In this document: in pieces, positions 23,064 to 34,512 of the stretch
Numbering within the stretch: position 1 is the first letter of the stretch
Layout: every line of letters begins with the position of its first letter
NCBI GenBank assembly: GCA_963921275.4
Contig: OZ001293.3
Coordinates: forward strand, 3,552,001-3,616,000
Source: an uncultured Hormoscilla sp.
Lineage (GTDB): Bacteria > Cyanobacteriota > Cyanobacteriia > Cyanobacteriales > Desertifilaceae
DNA length: 64,000 nt
Direction of reading: 5' to 3'
The notes under the pieces: generated by a model
What the model saw: only the letters and a program-made list of their open reading frames with translations
What the model was told of the DNA's origin: nothing
Database searches by the model: none
Made by a program: the position numbers and the translations under genes

Positions 23064-23753
23064 TTTCCTTTACTGTTCTTGAGAGCCTCAAATTTATAGC
23101 CAACACCCCGCACTGTCTGAATCAGTGTTAGTTGATTATCAGTTTCCAGCTTTCTGCGAATTTGACCGATATGTACGTCCACAACTCGTGGATCCCCTTC
23201 ATATTCGTACTCCCATACTTGTTTAATCAGTTCAGCACGACGCCAAGCTCGATTGAGATGGCTAGCTAAAAAGTACAGCAAGTGGAATTCCAGGGCAGTT
23301 AAAGACAATACCTGACCATCCAGATTGACTTCCCGACTGACCGAGTCGATGGCTAGCCAGTCAAAAATTAAGGGTTGCTGCTGAGGGGGCGTCACTGTTC
23401 GCTGGCGCTTCAAAATCGCCTCCACCCGATATTTCAGTTCTTCGAGATTAAAGGGTTTGGTGAGGTAGTCATCGGCTCCCTTAGAAAACCCAGCGATTTT
23501 ATCAGTGGGATCGGCCCGGGAGGTGAGCATGAGCACAAATACATCAGTGCGACTCTGCATTTCCTGACAGAGGTTATAACCAAGCATCGGGTAGGTTCAC
23601 ATCCAGAATCACCAAGTCTGGATGAAATTGCTCAAACAGCCTCATGCCTGTCTTACCGTCGGCGGCAGACTGCATTTGATAATTTTGTTTGGCCAAAAAG
23701 CGATAGATAAGATTGCGAATGGCAGAATCGTCGAGAATTTTGGCTGGAAGCAT
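23060..23753 (-). pseudogene. OmpR-family response regulator, frameshifted receiver domain
   Basis: GADDYLTKPF, RVVDVHIGQIRRKLE, IQTVRGVGYKF; N-terminal part (PDLVILDVNLPD) out of frame and shortened. Confidence 0.8.
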
Positions 23754-23793
23754 GTCTTATAACTCCGCAGATAACAGCTGCTTCTGATAATTA

Positions 23794-24805
23794 ACCTAAG
23801 TTGCGACCTATTAAAAAAAATATGAATTACCCACTTAGACTTTACAGATATTTGGGATATTTCGTAGCTTTTGATACAAAATTATATTTTTTTTGTGCTA
23901 GACGGCGGGTTGGCTGTTTATAGGTTATAATGTACTAAAATAATAGTTAATTGCTGGGGGATATAGATGATGGAAGATATGATTACAACAATTTTTGTTC
24001 TTTGTGACGAGCTACTAAAAGCGTTAAATATAAAAGAAGATCCACAAGTAAAAATGAACAATGCCGAAGTGATGACAGTCGGATTAGTTGCTGCATATTT
24101 TTTCGGAGGACACCACGATCGCTCTTGTCAATTTATGGTCGAACACAAGTATATAAAAAATCTGTTAAGTAAAAGTAGGTTCAATCGTCGATTACACAAT
24201 ATTGACGAACCAATTTGGATGTTTTTCTTCCAAGTTATAGCTCAAACATTTAAAGAGCTCAATCCGGGTCAAGAATATATTCTTGATAGTTTCCCGGTGC
24301 CAGTATGTGATAATATTAGGATTGATAGATGCCAAATTTATAACAAGGAAGAATATCGAGGGTATATTGCCAGTAAAAAACGTTATTTTTATGGATTAAG
24401 AGTTCATATGTTGGTAAACAAAAATGGAAAGCCAATAGAATTTTATCTAGATACTGGTAGTTATAATGATGTTAAAGTTTTGCAATCTTTTGGCTTTGAC
24501 TTACCATCAAATTCAATAGTTTATGGAGATAAAGCTTATAATGATTATCAATTAGAGGATTTACTAAAAGAGTCGTCAAGTATAATGTTAAAACCTTTGC
24601 GAAAAAAGAACTCAAAAAGAAAAGAATATTCTTGTTTTGAATATATACAAAAAGTAACAAGAAAACAAGTTGAAACCTGTTTTAGTCGAATCACCAATTT
24701 GTTTCCCAAGTCAATTCATGCTGTTACATCTAAGGGATTAGAGTTGAAAATAATTCTCTTTATCATAGCTTTTTGTATCCAATTTTTATAGGTCGCAACT
24801 TGAGT
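23794..24805 (+). mobile_element. IS982-family element copy 1 (transposase 23967-24791)
   Basis: TIRs ACCTAAGTTGCGACCTA/TAGGTCGCAACTTGAGT; TSD TAATTA; DSFPVPVC, YFYGLRVH, YGDKAY. Confidence 0.9.
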
Positions 24806-25369
24806 TAATTATCATTTGTCAATGCCTGGGTGCCAACTATCGGCAGCGTTACCGCCACCGGAGGATAAACCCGGACCTGGCTCATAGAATTCAAAATTCT
24901 GGCGTTGCACCAACTCGGGGATGATGGTGGCTCTCTGGTTAGTCAGTTGTCAGTTGTTAGTTGTCAGTTGTCAGTTGTCATTATCCATGAAACCTGGTCC
25001 CTAGAGGCTCCCAGTAAGTGGTCAATATACATCCCGTGGTTTTGCATCTTAGAAGTCATTGCGAGGAGGGGCTGTGTCCCCCCCCTCGTTCCCACGGCGA
25101 AGCCTGGGAACGTGCGATTAAGATGTCTCTTGGGTAGTGCGACTACGATGTATCCTCTTTTGTGCGGGGATCTTGACAATGTTGGTTTGGGAACTCCCCT
25201 CGCTCCGGACAAGTTATTAACCGAGAAGTATTGGGATAACGGTCCTATTTATTATGATTAAGTTTTGTAAAGCTAATCAGCAATTGGCTCTAAGAATAGT
25301 TATAATATGGAGAATAAGCGATCTAGATAATTATTACTCAGACATAAACTTTAGAAAGGGAGTATATCA

Positions 25370-25734
25370 ATGGATCTTGCACCTCTTGTCCAAATAGTCG
25401 TTTACTGGTTAGTGACATCGGTCAGCTTGTTTATTATCTCAAAACTGCCATTTTGGGGTGTTGAAATTGACAGTTTCGAGATAGCAATGATATCAGCAGC
25501 AGCTTTTGGAATATTGAATGCGCTGCAGGTTCCCGCTTTTCAGTATTTTGGTTTGCCCTTAACATGCTTAATATTACTCTGGTCGCGATCTTAGTTAATG
25601 CCATCATCTTTGGCTTAGCCGCTGCTTTGGTCTCGGGATTTCGCTTGCGCGGGGGTATAGTTAGTGCCTTGCTGGGTTCCCTCGCCCTCGGATTTATCAA
25701 TTCCTTCCTCTTCTACGCCCTCAAGTCTATCTAA
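25370..25734 (+). pseudogene. YvlD/phage-holin-like membrane protein, frameshifted
   Basis: WLVTSVSLFIIS..GVEIDSF..FGILNA then VNAIIFGLAAALVSGFRL in another frame. Confidence 0.7.
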
Positions 25735-25794
25735 TATAACTGGCCCAATCAGCTCAATTTTTCAGGTGGGCAATGCCCAAAAAGCCCGATCGCC

Positions 25795-27585
25795 CTAAGG
25801 GGGAACCATGATTTTTTGGCCCCCAGCAAGTCCAAAGGTAGCATGGATAGCTTGTAAGGCTTTCACTCCTTCTGCTTCTGCTACGACGCAGCTAATTTTG
25901 ATTTCTGAAGTAGCAATCATTTCGATGTTAATCTGCTGTGCGGCTAAGGCGGCAAACATCTGGGCCGCTACGCAGGGATGCTTGACCATCCCTATACCAA
26001 CAGCGCTGACTTTGGCGATCGCCCTACGAACTACAATTTCACTATAGCCCCATTCCGATCGCAGTTCTGCTAAAGCCAGCCGGGCAACTTCCACATGGCT
26101 TTGTGCTACAGTAAAGGCAATATCGCGAGTCAGGACGCCATTAATCACCCGACAGCGCTGGGACTGGATAATTATATCAACGCCGATCTGATGTTGGGCT
26201 AGCAGACCGAAGATTTGAGCTGCTATTCCCGGGCGATCGGGTACAGACAGGATCGCCAAACGCGCTTGATTTCTATCCAGGGCCACACCCCGGACGGGAG
26301 TTTCTGGATATTGACTGCTTTGAGTTGCTTGATGACTGCTGACATCGAAGGCTTGGCAGAGGATCTTCACCGCCCGATCGCCTTCTTGGGCATCGATCGT
26401 GCAGCTGACTTTGATCTCCGATGCGGAAATCATTCCGATATTAATCCCCGCATCTGCTAGAGTAGCAAACATCTGGGCTGCCACGCCGGGACGCCCGATC
26501 ATCCCCGCACCCACAATACTGACTTTGGCAATATTATTGTCTGCCATCACCTCACAATTGCCCTGACTGCTTCCCAAAGCTGGTAGAATAGCAGTTGCCA
26601 CCGCTGACGCCCGACTGGCAGCATTGCTAGCAACGGTAAAGGCAATGTCATTACTATTGCCTTCGTGGATCGATTGGATAATCAGATCTACATCTATATC
26701 CTGACGCCCAATCTCGCCAAACAACTCTGCTGCTACTCCCGGGCGATCGGGCACTCGCAGCATGGACACCTTACCTTGATCGGCATCAAATTCCACCGCA
26801 TCTACAGGGTGGACGAGTTCCAAACCTTCTATAGAACGGGCGCAAGGACTTGGGGAGATTACCTTCGTACCCGCCTCATCCGTCCAACTGGATTTTACCA
26901 CTAAAGTAATGCCGTAATTGCGAGCAATCTCCACCGCCCGTGGATGCAGAACTTTCGCACCCAAGCTAGCAAGTTCCAGCATTTCATCGCAGGTTATTTC
27001 CGCCATCACCTGCGCATCCGGTATCAACCTGGGGTCGGCGGTTAAAATCCCCGGCACATCAGTGTAAATTTCGCAGCAGCATGCTTCTAGGGCCGCTGCC
27101 AGTGCCACCGCTGAAGTATCAGAACCCCCCCGTCCCAGGGTGGTAATTTCCAGTTCATCGCTGCTAGTGACGCCTTGGAAACCAGCTACCACCACCACTT
27201 TCCCCTCATCCAGGTGACCGGCTAGCCGTTCTGTAGAAATTTCCAAAATCCGGGCCCGAGAATGTTTCGCTTCCGTAACTATCCCCACTTGTGCCCCCGT
27301 CAGAGAAATCGCCTGTTGTCCCAATTCCTGTAATGCCATACTCAGCAGGGCGATCGAGACTTGTTCCCCCGTAGACAGAAGCATATCCATTTCCCGGCGG
27401 CTGGGATTTGTGGATATTTCTTTGGCTAATTTGACTAAATCATCAGTGGTTTTGCCCATGGCCGAAACCACTACAACTACCGATTTCCCTGCTTGCGCCG
27501 TTTTCTGTACCCGCTGGGCCACTGCTTGGATCCGTTCCACTGTGCCCACCGAGGTGCCACCATATTTTTGGACTATTATTGCCAT
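25795..27585 (-). CDS. lysC: Aspartate kinase
   Basis: [33 protein letters not shown], multiple ACT domains. Confidence 0.97.
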   Translation of the reverse strand: MAIIVQKYGGTSVGTVERIQAVAQRVQKTAQAGKSVVVVVSAMGKTTDDLVKLAKEISTNPSRREMDMLLSTGEQVSIALLSMALQELGQQAISLTGAQVGIVTEAKHSRARILEISTERLAGHLDEGKVVVVAGFQGVTSSDELEITTLGRGGSDTSAVALAAALEACCCEIYTDVPGILTADPRLIPDAQVMAEITCDEMLELASLGAKVLHPRAVEIARNYGITLVVKSSWTDEAGTKVISPSPCARSIEGLELVHPVDAVEFDADQGKVSMLRVPDRPGVAAELFGEIGRQDIDVDLIIQSIHEGNSNDIAFTVASNAASRASAVATAILPALGSSQGNCEVMADNNIAKVSIVGAGMIGRPGVAAQMFATLADAGINIGMISASEIKVSCTIDAQEGDRAVKILCQAFDVSSHQATQSSQYPETPVRGVALDRNQARLAILSVPDRPGIAAQIFGLLAQHQIGVDIIIQSQRCRVINGVLTRDIAFTVAQSHVEVARLALAELRSEWGYSEIVVRRAIAKVSAVGIGMVKHPCVAAQMFAALAAQQINIEMIATSEIKISCVVAEAEGVKALQAIHATFGLAGGQKIMVPP

Positions 27586-27663
27586 ATATCTCCCGATTCT
27601 ACTCACGATGCGCGAGGGGTAGTGCGATTAGCGCGACACCCCGACGGCATCGACTCAACCCAA

Positions 27664-27703
27664 GACAGGAGTCCCCGCCTGTCCTCAGGCGGGGACTCCT
27701 GTC
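27664..27703 (-). terminator. Perfect hairpin downstream of tRNA-His
   Basis: GACAGGAGTCCCCGCCTG-TCCT-CAGGCGGGGACTCCTGTC. Confidence 0.55.
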
Positions 27704-27711
27704 CTACGAAG

Positions 27712-27785
27712 GGCGAACGACGGGACTCGAACCCGCGAATGGTGGAACCACAATCCACTGCCTTAACCACTTGGCTACGCTCGCC
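27712..27785 (-). tRNA. trnH: tRNA-His(GUG)
   Basis: G-GCGAGCGTAGCCAAGTGGTTAAGGCAGTGGATTGTGGTTCCACCATTCGCGGGTTCGAGTCCCGTCGTTCGCC; G-1 and C discriminator. Confidence 0.97.
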
Positions 27786-27978
27786 ATACTTTCTCAGAGT
27801 ATAACACTCTCTTCGCACAATTATCCAGATCGTAACTCAAAAATTTGGAGAGTGCTCTCCTCTCCGCACTCGCTCTCCGGCTCGTGCTCCGGGATGCGCC
27901 GGAGATTTCCTCGTTAAGAGGCTCCCGCCTGGGAACAGGCTGCGCTTGCGTTGCAGGAGATTCTAACTATAAACTGCC

Positions 27979-29325
27979 CTAGGGGAGTTTTGTCAAGCAA
28001 GTCGCGATCCGCCGAGCAGCCCCTGGTTTTCCCATCCGCCGCTGGCCATTTTCATAAATCAGCTGTAGCCCGTCTGGGTCACGCAACAGTTTTTCTAGAA
28101 AATCGGCAACCTGACCTGGCTGCTGCACCAGCACCAGAGAAGACCCTAACAGGCGAGACTGGGCTTCGGCAAATGCTGGGGTAAACTGGGGGCCTCCCCC
28201 GGGAATCGCGATCGCGGGTTTTCCTAAGCCCACAAACTGTTCTGTGGCCGTCCCCGCCATGGCGATCGCCACATCTGCCCAGTGCAAGCATTGATTATAA
28301 CCCTTTTCCGTCAGGAGCAATGTCCCATGTTTCTGGATGTAGGTCATGCTTGCATGCAGCTTATAGTATAATCGGTTCTCATCGACACGCGGAAGCCAGC
28401 CGGCTGATTCTGCCATTTCTCCCATCCTCTCTACCGTTAAGAGAGGCGCGATCGCCCCTGCAAATATCACATTTGAACGCCTCCTGCCGAGGATACAAGC
28501 AGCCGTCTGCAGCAGCAACTGCCAATTTTCATAAGCTTCTGGCGATCTCGAACCCGGCAGCAGCAGGATCGTCAGCTGGCGGTCCCGTTCCCCTTTTTCC
28601 CCATTCGGGTGCGCCAAAGCAGCAATTGGCTGTTGGGGCTGTAAATCATCCATCATCGGATTACCCAGATCGAAAACCGGTATTTTACTCTGTTTTAATC
28701 TTGCTCCGATGTGCGATGCGCAGTACGAATAGCGCGCGCGGAGCACATCGGAGGTCAGGGAATCTCTGGGAAAAACGGCCTGACAGCGGCGGCTACTCAT
28801 CAACCAGCGTTCCCAAGGTAGATATACCGAACCGGACCAAGCCTGCCATTCATATCCTGGTAGCACCCCTGCTTCATCCCTCAGGAAATATTCCGACTTG
28901 GCCGTGCCCACAAAAGCATACTTCCCACCGCTCCACCAGGCAAACAATAGCGGTACAATATCCCCTACTGCCAGTATTTTACCTTTCCTTTCGATGCCGT
29001 CGGGGTGTCGTCGCACTACCCCTCCCCCATCGAGGGATCCCCCTATCCAACGGCGTACTGCTTGCCACTGGGCGATCGTCAGGCCCAGTAAGCCACCCCT
29101 TAGATCCCGCCACAGCTGACGCCCATCCATATATATAAAGCCACCAGAAGGCATCGGCTTTACTGGACCGATTATCGGAATCCCCAGTTCGCGGTACGCA
29201 ACTCCCTCTCCTACTAAGGGCAGGGCTGCTAACTCCAGAGGCCCCGCGAAGGATTTTAGTTGGCGCAGGATTCTGACAGCGATCGCATCTTCTCCATGTC
29301 CGTTACTCAGGCAAAGTAGCTTCAT
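27979..29325 (-). CDS. Lipid-A-disaccharide synthase-related conserved protein
   Basis: LSNGHGED, PLVGEG, MPSGGF, GTAKSEY, GNPMMD, LLPGSR, MAGTATEQ. Confidence 0.85.
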   Translation of the reverse strand: MKLLCLSNGHGEDAIAVRILRQLKSFAGPLELAALPLVGEGVAYRELGIPIIGPVKPMPSGGFIYMDGRQLWRDLRGGLLGLTIAQWQAVRRWIGGSLDGGGVVRRHPDGIERKGKILAVGDIVPLLFAWWSGGKYAFVGTAKSEYFLRDEAGVLPGYEWQAWSGSVYLPWERWLMSSRRCQAVFPRDSLTSDVLRARYSYCASHIGARLKQSKIPVFDLGNPMMDDLQPQQPIAALAHPNGEKGERDRQLTILLLPGSRSPEAYENWQLLLQTAACILGRRRSNVIFAGAIAPLLTVERMGEMAESAGWLPRVDENRLYYKLHASMTYIQKHGTLLLTEKGYNQCLHWADVAIAMAGTATEQFVGLGKPAIAIPGGGPQFTPAFAEAQSRLLGSSLVLVQQPGQVADFLEKLLRDPDGLQLIYENGQRRMGKPGAARRIATCLTKLP

Positions 29326-29355
29326 CTTCTCTTTTGGTGATTTCTGACTGGTGAC

Positions 29356-29442
29356 GGCAAACGCTTTAGCGTTTACTACGAACGGGCAAACGCTTTAGCG
29401 TTTACTACGAACGGGCAAACGCTTTAGCGTTTACTACGAACG
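29356..29442. repeat. Three perfect 29-bp tandem REP-like units
   Basis: (GGCAAACGCTTTAGCGTTTACTACGAACG)x3. Confidence 0.95.
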
Positions 29443-29484
29443 GGGCTTTACAATAGCTAAAAGCACAGAAACAATTCTTGCCAT

Positions 29485-31629
29485 ATGTCCAAATTTTCGT
29501 CTTTAGAACAAGCACTTAAGCATTTTTTCGGTTATGACAGCTTCCGTCCGGGACAGCGCCAGATCGTCCAAGCGGCACTCGGCCAGCAAGATTTACTCAT
29601 TGTCATGCCCACTGGTGGCGGCAAATCCCTTTGTTTCCAGCTGCCTGCCCTGCTGCAACCAGGTTTAGCTATTGTGGTCTCCCCCCTCATTGCCCTCATG
29701 CAGGACCAAGTCGAAGCCCTGCTGGATAATGGCATTGGCGCGACTTTTCTCAATAGTACCCTCAGTAATGCCGAAATGCGATCGCGCGAACGAGACATCC
29801 TCAACGGGCAGATTAAACTCCTCTACCTGGCCCCCGAACGTCTGTTAGCAGAAAGATTTCTCCCTTTCTTAGGAATGATCCAACAGAAAATTGGCATTAG
29901 CGCCTTTGCCATTGACGAAGCCCACTGCGTATCCGAGTGGGGGCACGATTTTCGGCCCGAATATCGGCAAATGCGACTGTTACGAGAGCTTTACCCAGAT
30001 ATCCCCCTCATGGCCCTAACTGCCACTGCTACTGAGCGCGTCCGCCAAGATATTATTCAACAGTTAGAATTGCGACAACCCTACATTCATATTGCCAGCT
30101 TCAATCGTCCCAATCTCTACTATGAAGTCCGCCCCAAAACTCAGCAAAGCTACGCCGAATTATTCGGGCTGATTTCTCAGACTAGCGGTGCTGTGATTGT
30201 CTATTGTCTCAGTCGGAGTCAAGTAGAGGAACTCGCCCTCCGACTGCAGGGCGATGGCATCAAAGCTTTACCTTACCATGCTGGCTTAGAAGACTCGAAA
30301 CGGGCAACTAATCAAACTCGCTTCATTCGCGATGATATCCAGGTGATTGTCGCTACTATCGCCTTTGGCATGGGTATCAATAAACCCGATGTCCGCTTTG
30401 TCATCCATTACAACTTACCCCGCAACCTGGAGGCATATTATCAAGAATCAGGTCGGGCGGGACGAGATGGAGAACCAGCACGCTGCTCCTTGTTTTTCAG
30501 TTATAGCGATCTCAAGAAAATTGAGTGGATGCTAGACCAAAAAGAAAACGAAAAGGAAAGGCGCATTGCCTATCAACAGTTGCGTCAGGTGATTGACTAC
30601 GCTGAGGGAACAGACTGTCGGCGCACCATCCAATTGGGTTATTTTGGTGAGAGTTTTCCAGGTAATTGCGACTGCTGCGATAACTGTCGCCATCCCCAAC
30701 CTACCGAAGATTGGACTGTCGAAGCGATGAAGTTTCTCTCTTGCGTCGCCCGTTCTCAAGAACGCTTCGGGATGGTTCATATTATCGATATATTACGGGG
30801 TTCTCGGAATAAGAAAGTCCTGCAAAACGGTCACGATAAACTTTCTACATACGGTATAGGTAAAGATAAAACTGTTGAGGAGTGGAAAATGCTAGCCCGT
30901 TCTCTACTTCACCAAGGTTTATTAAATCAAACCACAGATGGTTATAGCATCCTCAAGCTGAACCAACTCAGTTGGGAAGTTATGCGGCGGAAGTCTTCTG
31001 TTCAGATTGCTGTACCAAAGAAACAGGCGATCGCATCCCAGAAAAAAACTGCTGCTGCTGGAGAAATGCTATTTCAGCGGTTGCGAGTGCTGCGCAAAAA
31101 GCTAGCTGACGCCCAAGGCGTCCCACCTTATACGATCTTTTCCGACCCCAGTCTGATGCAGATGGCACAGCAGCAACCCCAAACTCTAGCAGAATTTGCC
31201 CGCCTTGACGGCGTCAACCGTCACAAAGCCAAACAATATGGCTTGTCTTTCCTGAGTGAAATTAAAGCTTACTGCCAACAGCAATCATCTGTTTCACTAT
31301 CTCAGGGCGGCAATAATAGTCGCTTGTATCTGACCAATACTTTATCCTTGACCTTAGAGTTATATCAACAAGGTCACAGTCCTGAAGAAATTGCCGAAAA
31401 GCGCAACCTCAAGTCTACCACAATCATGGGTCATCTAGCAGAATTGATCGAGATGCAGCAGCCCGTAAATGTAGACAAGATAGTCCCCCAAAAACGTCAA
31501 CAACCCATATTACAAGCAATTCAACAGGTGGGGACTTCTTCCCTCAAAACTATTTACGAACATCTCCAAGAATGCTATAGTTATGGGGAAATACGTCTGG
31601 TCCTCGCATCCTGGCGACAAAATCAGTAG
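29485..31629 (+). CDS. recQ: ATP-dependent DNA helicase RecQ
   Basis: MPTGGGKS, DEAHCVSEWGHDFRPEY, QESGRAGRDG, Zn/RQC, HRDC, C-terminal HTH. Confidence 0.97.
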   Translation: MSKFSSLEQALKHFFGYDSFRPGQRQIVQAALGQQDLLIVMPTGGGKSLCFQLPALLQPGLAIVVSPLIALMQDQVEALLDNGIGATFLNSTLSNAEMRSRERDILNGQIKLLYLAPERLLAERFLPFLGMIQQKIGISAFAIDEAHCVSEWGHDFRPEYRQMRLLRELYPDIPLMALTATATERVRQDIIQQLELRQPYIHIASFNRPNLYYEVRPKTQQSYAELFGLISQTSGAVIVYCLSRSQVEELALRLQGDGIKALPYHAGLEDSKRATNQTRFIRDDIQVIVATIAFGMGINKPDVRFVIHYNLPRNLEAYYQESGRAGRDGEPARCSLFFSYSDLKKIEWMLDQKENEKERRIAYQQLRQVIDYAEGTDCRRTIQLGYFGESFPGNCDCCDNCRHPQPTEDWTVEAMKFLSCVARSQERFGMVHIIDILRGSRNKKVLQNGHDKLSTYGIGKDKTVEEWKMLARSLLHQGLLNQTTDGYSILKLNQLSWEVMRRKSSVQIAVPKKQAIASQKKTAAAGEMLFQRLRVLRKKLADAQGVPPYTIFSDPSLMQMAQQQPQTLAEFARLDGVNRHKAKQYGLSFLSEIKAYCQQQSSVSLSQGGNNSRLYLTNTLSLTLELYQQGHSPEEIAEKRNLKSTTIMGHLAELIEMQQPVNVDKIVPQKRQQPILQAIQQVGTSSLKTIYEHLQECYSYGEIRLVLASWRQNQ

Positions 31630-32425
31630 GAGCCGGGGCACAAATCAGTAACATTTTAATCTGAACCGAAAGATCTCTGATTTTTGCCCCTACTATATTG
31701 GCGATCGCATCCTATCAGGGCACAGGGTCCGTCACGAATAATTTGATTATTTTTATTAAGTGCGAGCGTCCAAAATCAAGTCTCTTAACACAAAATTTTA
31801 TTATATAAACTCCGATATGAAAAGAGATAAAAAATATTTATAAAACCTCTTTAACTTCAGAAGTTAATGTATTCAATTAAAAAGGAAGAGTTTCCAGGAA
31901 AGCAATGTCAGAATCACCCGAACCAACCGTCGAAAGAGAAGATGCTCAACATTCTTACACATTTCTAATATTCGGGGCTGTTTTCAGTAAAAGAAAAGGA
32001 GGTATAGGTATCAATAAGCTAATATAATATACGTGTTTATGCTAGATTTAATTGCTAGTGGCGCAAAACCTACACAAATCTCACAAGTAGACTTACTTGA
32101 GAGCGGCAAATCCGGTATATTACTTGCTTTTTGCGAGTTGGTGTACTAAGCTAGAAAAAGCAGTGGATGGCTAGCCCTGGCTGCTAACTATAAGCGCTCG
32201 CAGGCGTAGCCGTGTAGCGTGTTACGCCTTGAGCTTTGCACGAGCTTTGCCTGAGCGCGTTGAAAAATGCGCTCTGTTATACTTGCACGGATCTGCTTGT
32301 TGGATTTGTGAGGGTTAAACGCAGCACATTTGACTCGATCCTAATCAGAACTGAATAACCGGGTTGATGTAAAGTACCAAACCCGGTTTTTTTGTTGATA
32401 CTGGATTGATGGGGATATAATTATG

Positions 32426-32479
32426 GTTCGTAGTAAGGACTTTAGTCCTTCGGCGAGCACTAAAGTGCTCACTACGAAC
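32426..32479. repeat. Inverted REP-like doublet
   Basis: GTTCGTAGT...ACTACGAAC with two internal hairpins. Confidence 0.7.
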
Positions 32480-32504
32480 TTTGTAGTAGATCGTTGAAGT
32501 ACAA

Positions 32505-34469
32505 ATGAATGCATCCATCAAGTCTCATGCCCATCGACTCACAGATAAAGAACGTGCCTGTCTGGCAAAGATGGTAGATTACTCCTCATTACAGTCTATA
32601 CCGGAAATCTGGCCCCTGGCCGCAGAGAAATTCGGGGATGCGATCGCCCTCTGGGACCCCCACGCCCAACCAGCAGTGCAGCTAACCTATAGAGAGTTAA
32701 ACTCCCAGATCCAGCAGTTCGCCTCCGGGTTGCAAGCTTTGGGAGTAAAACCGGGCTCACGCATTTCTCTGATAGCAGATAATAGTCCCCGCTGGTTCAT
32801 TGCCGACCAGGGGATGATGAGGGCGGGGGCTGCGAACGCAGTGCGGAGTTCTCTATCAGATCCCTCCGAACTGCTATACATCATCGAAAATAGCGAGTCA
32901 ACAGCTATAGTAGTAGAAAATCTGGCAACGCTGGAAAAACTACGTACTGGCATGGACGATCTACCCATTGAGTCCGTCCTCTTGCTGAGTGATGAAGCAC
33001 CCCCCTCCAGTGAGGCGTTGCCAGTGCGGAACTTTTCCCAACTGATGGAGATAGGTCTCCAGCAGCAGCCCCAAGCAGTCAGCCAAAACCACCAGACCCT
33101 GGCAACTCTGATCTATACATCTGGCACTACTGGGAAACCCAAAGGGGCAATGCTATCTCATGGTAACTTGCTGCATCAGGTGACAAATCTGGGAGTAGCA
33201 GTGCAACCACAACTGGGAGCTCGGGTTCTCAGCATCCTACCATCCTGGCATGTCTACGAACGCACTGCCGAATATTTTTTTCTCTCCCAAGGTGCCACCC
33301 AGATATACACCAACCGCCGCCAGTTCAAGAATGACCTGAAAAAGTACATGCCCGTCTATATGGCGGGAGTCCCCCGGTTGTGGGAATCGATCTATGAAGG
33401 GATCCAAAAGCAGTTCCGAGAGCAACCGGCCAGTAAACAAAAGCTGGTCAACAACTTACTCAACATCTCTGGCCGCTACATCGCTGCCCGTCGGCTTGTC
33501 CAGGGGTTAGACCTGAATAATCTGACTCCCGGACTGCCTCAACGTCTGCTAGCACTGGTGGAAACAGCGGCTCTGTTTCCACTGCATGCCCTAGCAGACC
33601 GGCTAGTCTATCAGAAAGTGCGTGCAGGCATAGGTGATTTATTCCAGGTGCTCAGTGGCGGTGGTTCCCTGGCAATGCACCTGGATAACTTCTTTGAAAT
33701 TATTGGTGTGGAGATTCTGGTAGGCTATGGCTTAACGGAAACGTCACCGGTGCTGACCGCAAGGCGCAGTTGGGACAACCTGCGCGGTTCAGCGGGACAA
33801 CCCATACCCGGTACAGCAATTATGATTGCCGACCCCGATACTGGCCAACCCCTGCCACCGGGGGTGAGGGGCTTAGTCCTAGCCCGAGGACCGCAGTTAA
33901 TGCAGGGATATTATCAAAATCCCCAAGCCACTGCCAAGGCCATTAACTCCGCAGGCTGGTTTGATACCGGTGACTTGGGCTGGCTGACGCCCCAAAATCA
34001 CCTCGTGCTGACTGGTCGGGCTAAAGATACGATCGTACTCACTAATGGGGAAAATATCGAGCCCCAGCCAATCGAAGACGCCTGCGCCCGCAGTCCCTAT
34101 ATTGACCAAATTATGCTAGTAGGGCAAGATCGGAAATTTCTGGGGGCCTTAATTGTCCCCAACGCCGAAGCCCTGGCAGCATGGGCAAAGCAGCGTTCCC
34201 AGGCAGAGCCGTGGGAACGAGGGGTGGGTGCTATTGACATGGAGAGCAAAGCAGTAGAAGATTTAATTCGGCAAGAGTTGGCCAGGGAGGTGAAAAACCG
34301 CCCCGGTTACCGCCCGGACGATCGGATCGGTCCGTTCCGTCTGATTAGAGAGCCATTTTCCATAGAAAATGGCATGATGACCCAAACTCTGAAAATCAAA
34401 CGTCCCGTTGTCACAGAACGCTATCGCGATATAATTGACGGGATGTCGGCAGATCGGCTGAATGCTTAG
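32505..34469 (+). CDS. aas: Long-chain acyl-ACP/CoA synthetase
   Basis: YTSGTTGKPKG, GYGLTET, WFDTGDLG, GRAKDTIV; followed by a YlqD-family gene. Confidence 0.88.
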   Translation: MNASIKSHAHRLTDKERACLAKMVDYSSLQSIPEIWPLAAEKFGDAIALWDPHAQPAVQLTYRELNSQIQQFASGLQALGVKPGSRISLIADNSPRWFIADQGMMRAGAANAVRSSLSDPSELLYIIENSESTAIVVENLATLEKLRTGMDDLPIESVLLLSDEAPPSSEALPVRNFSQLMEIGLQQQPQAVSQNHQTLATLIYTSGTTGKPKGAMLSHGNLLHQVTNLGVAVQPQLGARVLSILPSWHVYERTAEYFFLSQGATQIYTNRRQFKNDLKKYMPVYMAGVPRLWESIYEGIQKQFREQPASKQKLVNNLLNISGRYIAARRLVQGLDLNNLTPGLPQRLLALVETAALFPLHALADRLVYQKVRAGIGDLFQVLSGGGSLAMHLDNFFEIIGVEILVGYGLTETSPVLTARRSWDNLRGSAGQPIPGTAIMIADPDTGQPLPPGVRGLVLARGPQLMQGYYQNPQATAKAINSAGWFDTGDLGWLTPQNHLVLTGRAKDTIVLTNGENIEPQPIEDACARSPYIDQIMLVGQDRKFLGALIVPNAEALAAWAKQRSQAEPWERGVGAIDMESKAVEDLIRQELAREVKNRPGYRPDDRIGPFRLIREPFSIENGMMTQTLKIKRPVVTERYRDIIDGMSADRLNA

Positions 34470-34512
34470 AGAATAATGACAAAATTAGCAAAGTCAAATT
34501 GAATCACAAAGT

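Noticed and set aside
27712..27785. tRNA-His as an integration site
   Set aside because: No duplicated tRNA 3' end or integrase seen; flanks are housekeeping genes
28320..29138. 272-aa plus-strand ORF
   Set aside because: Antisense shadow of a conserved gene, with no recognisable motifs
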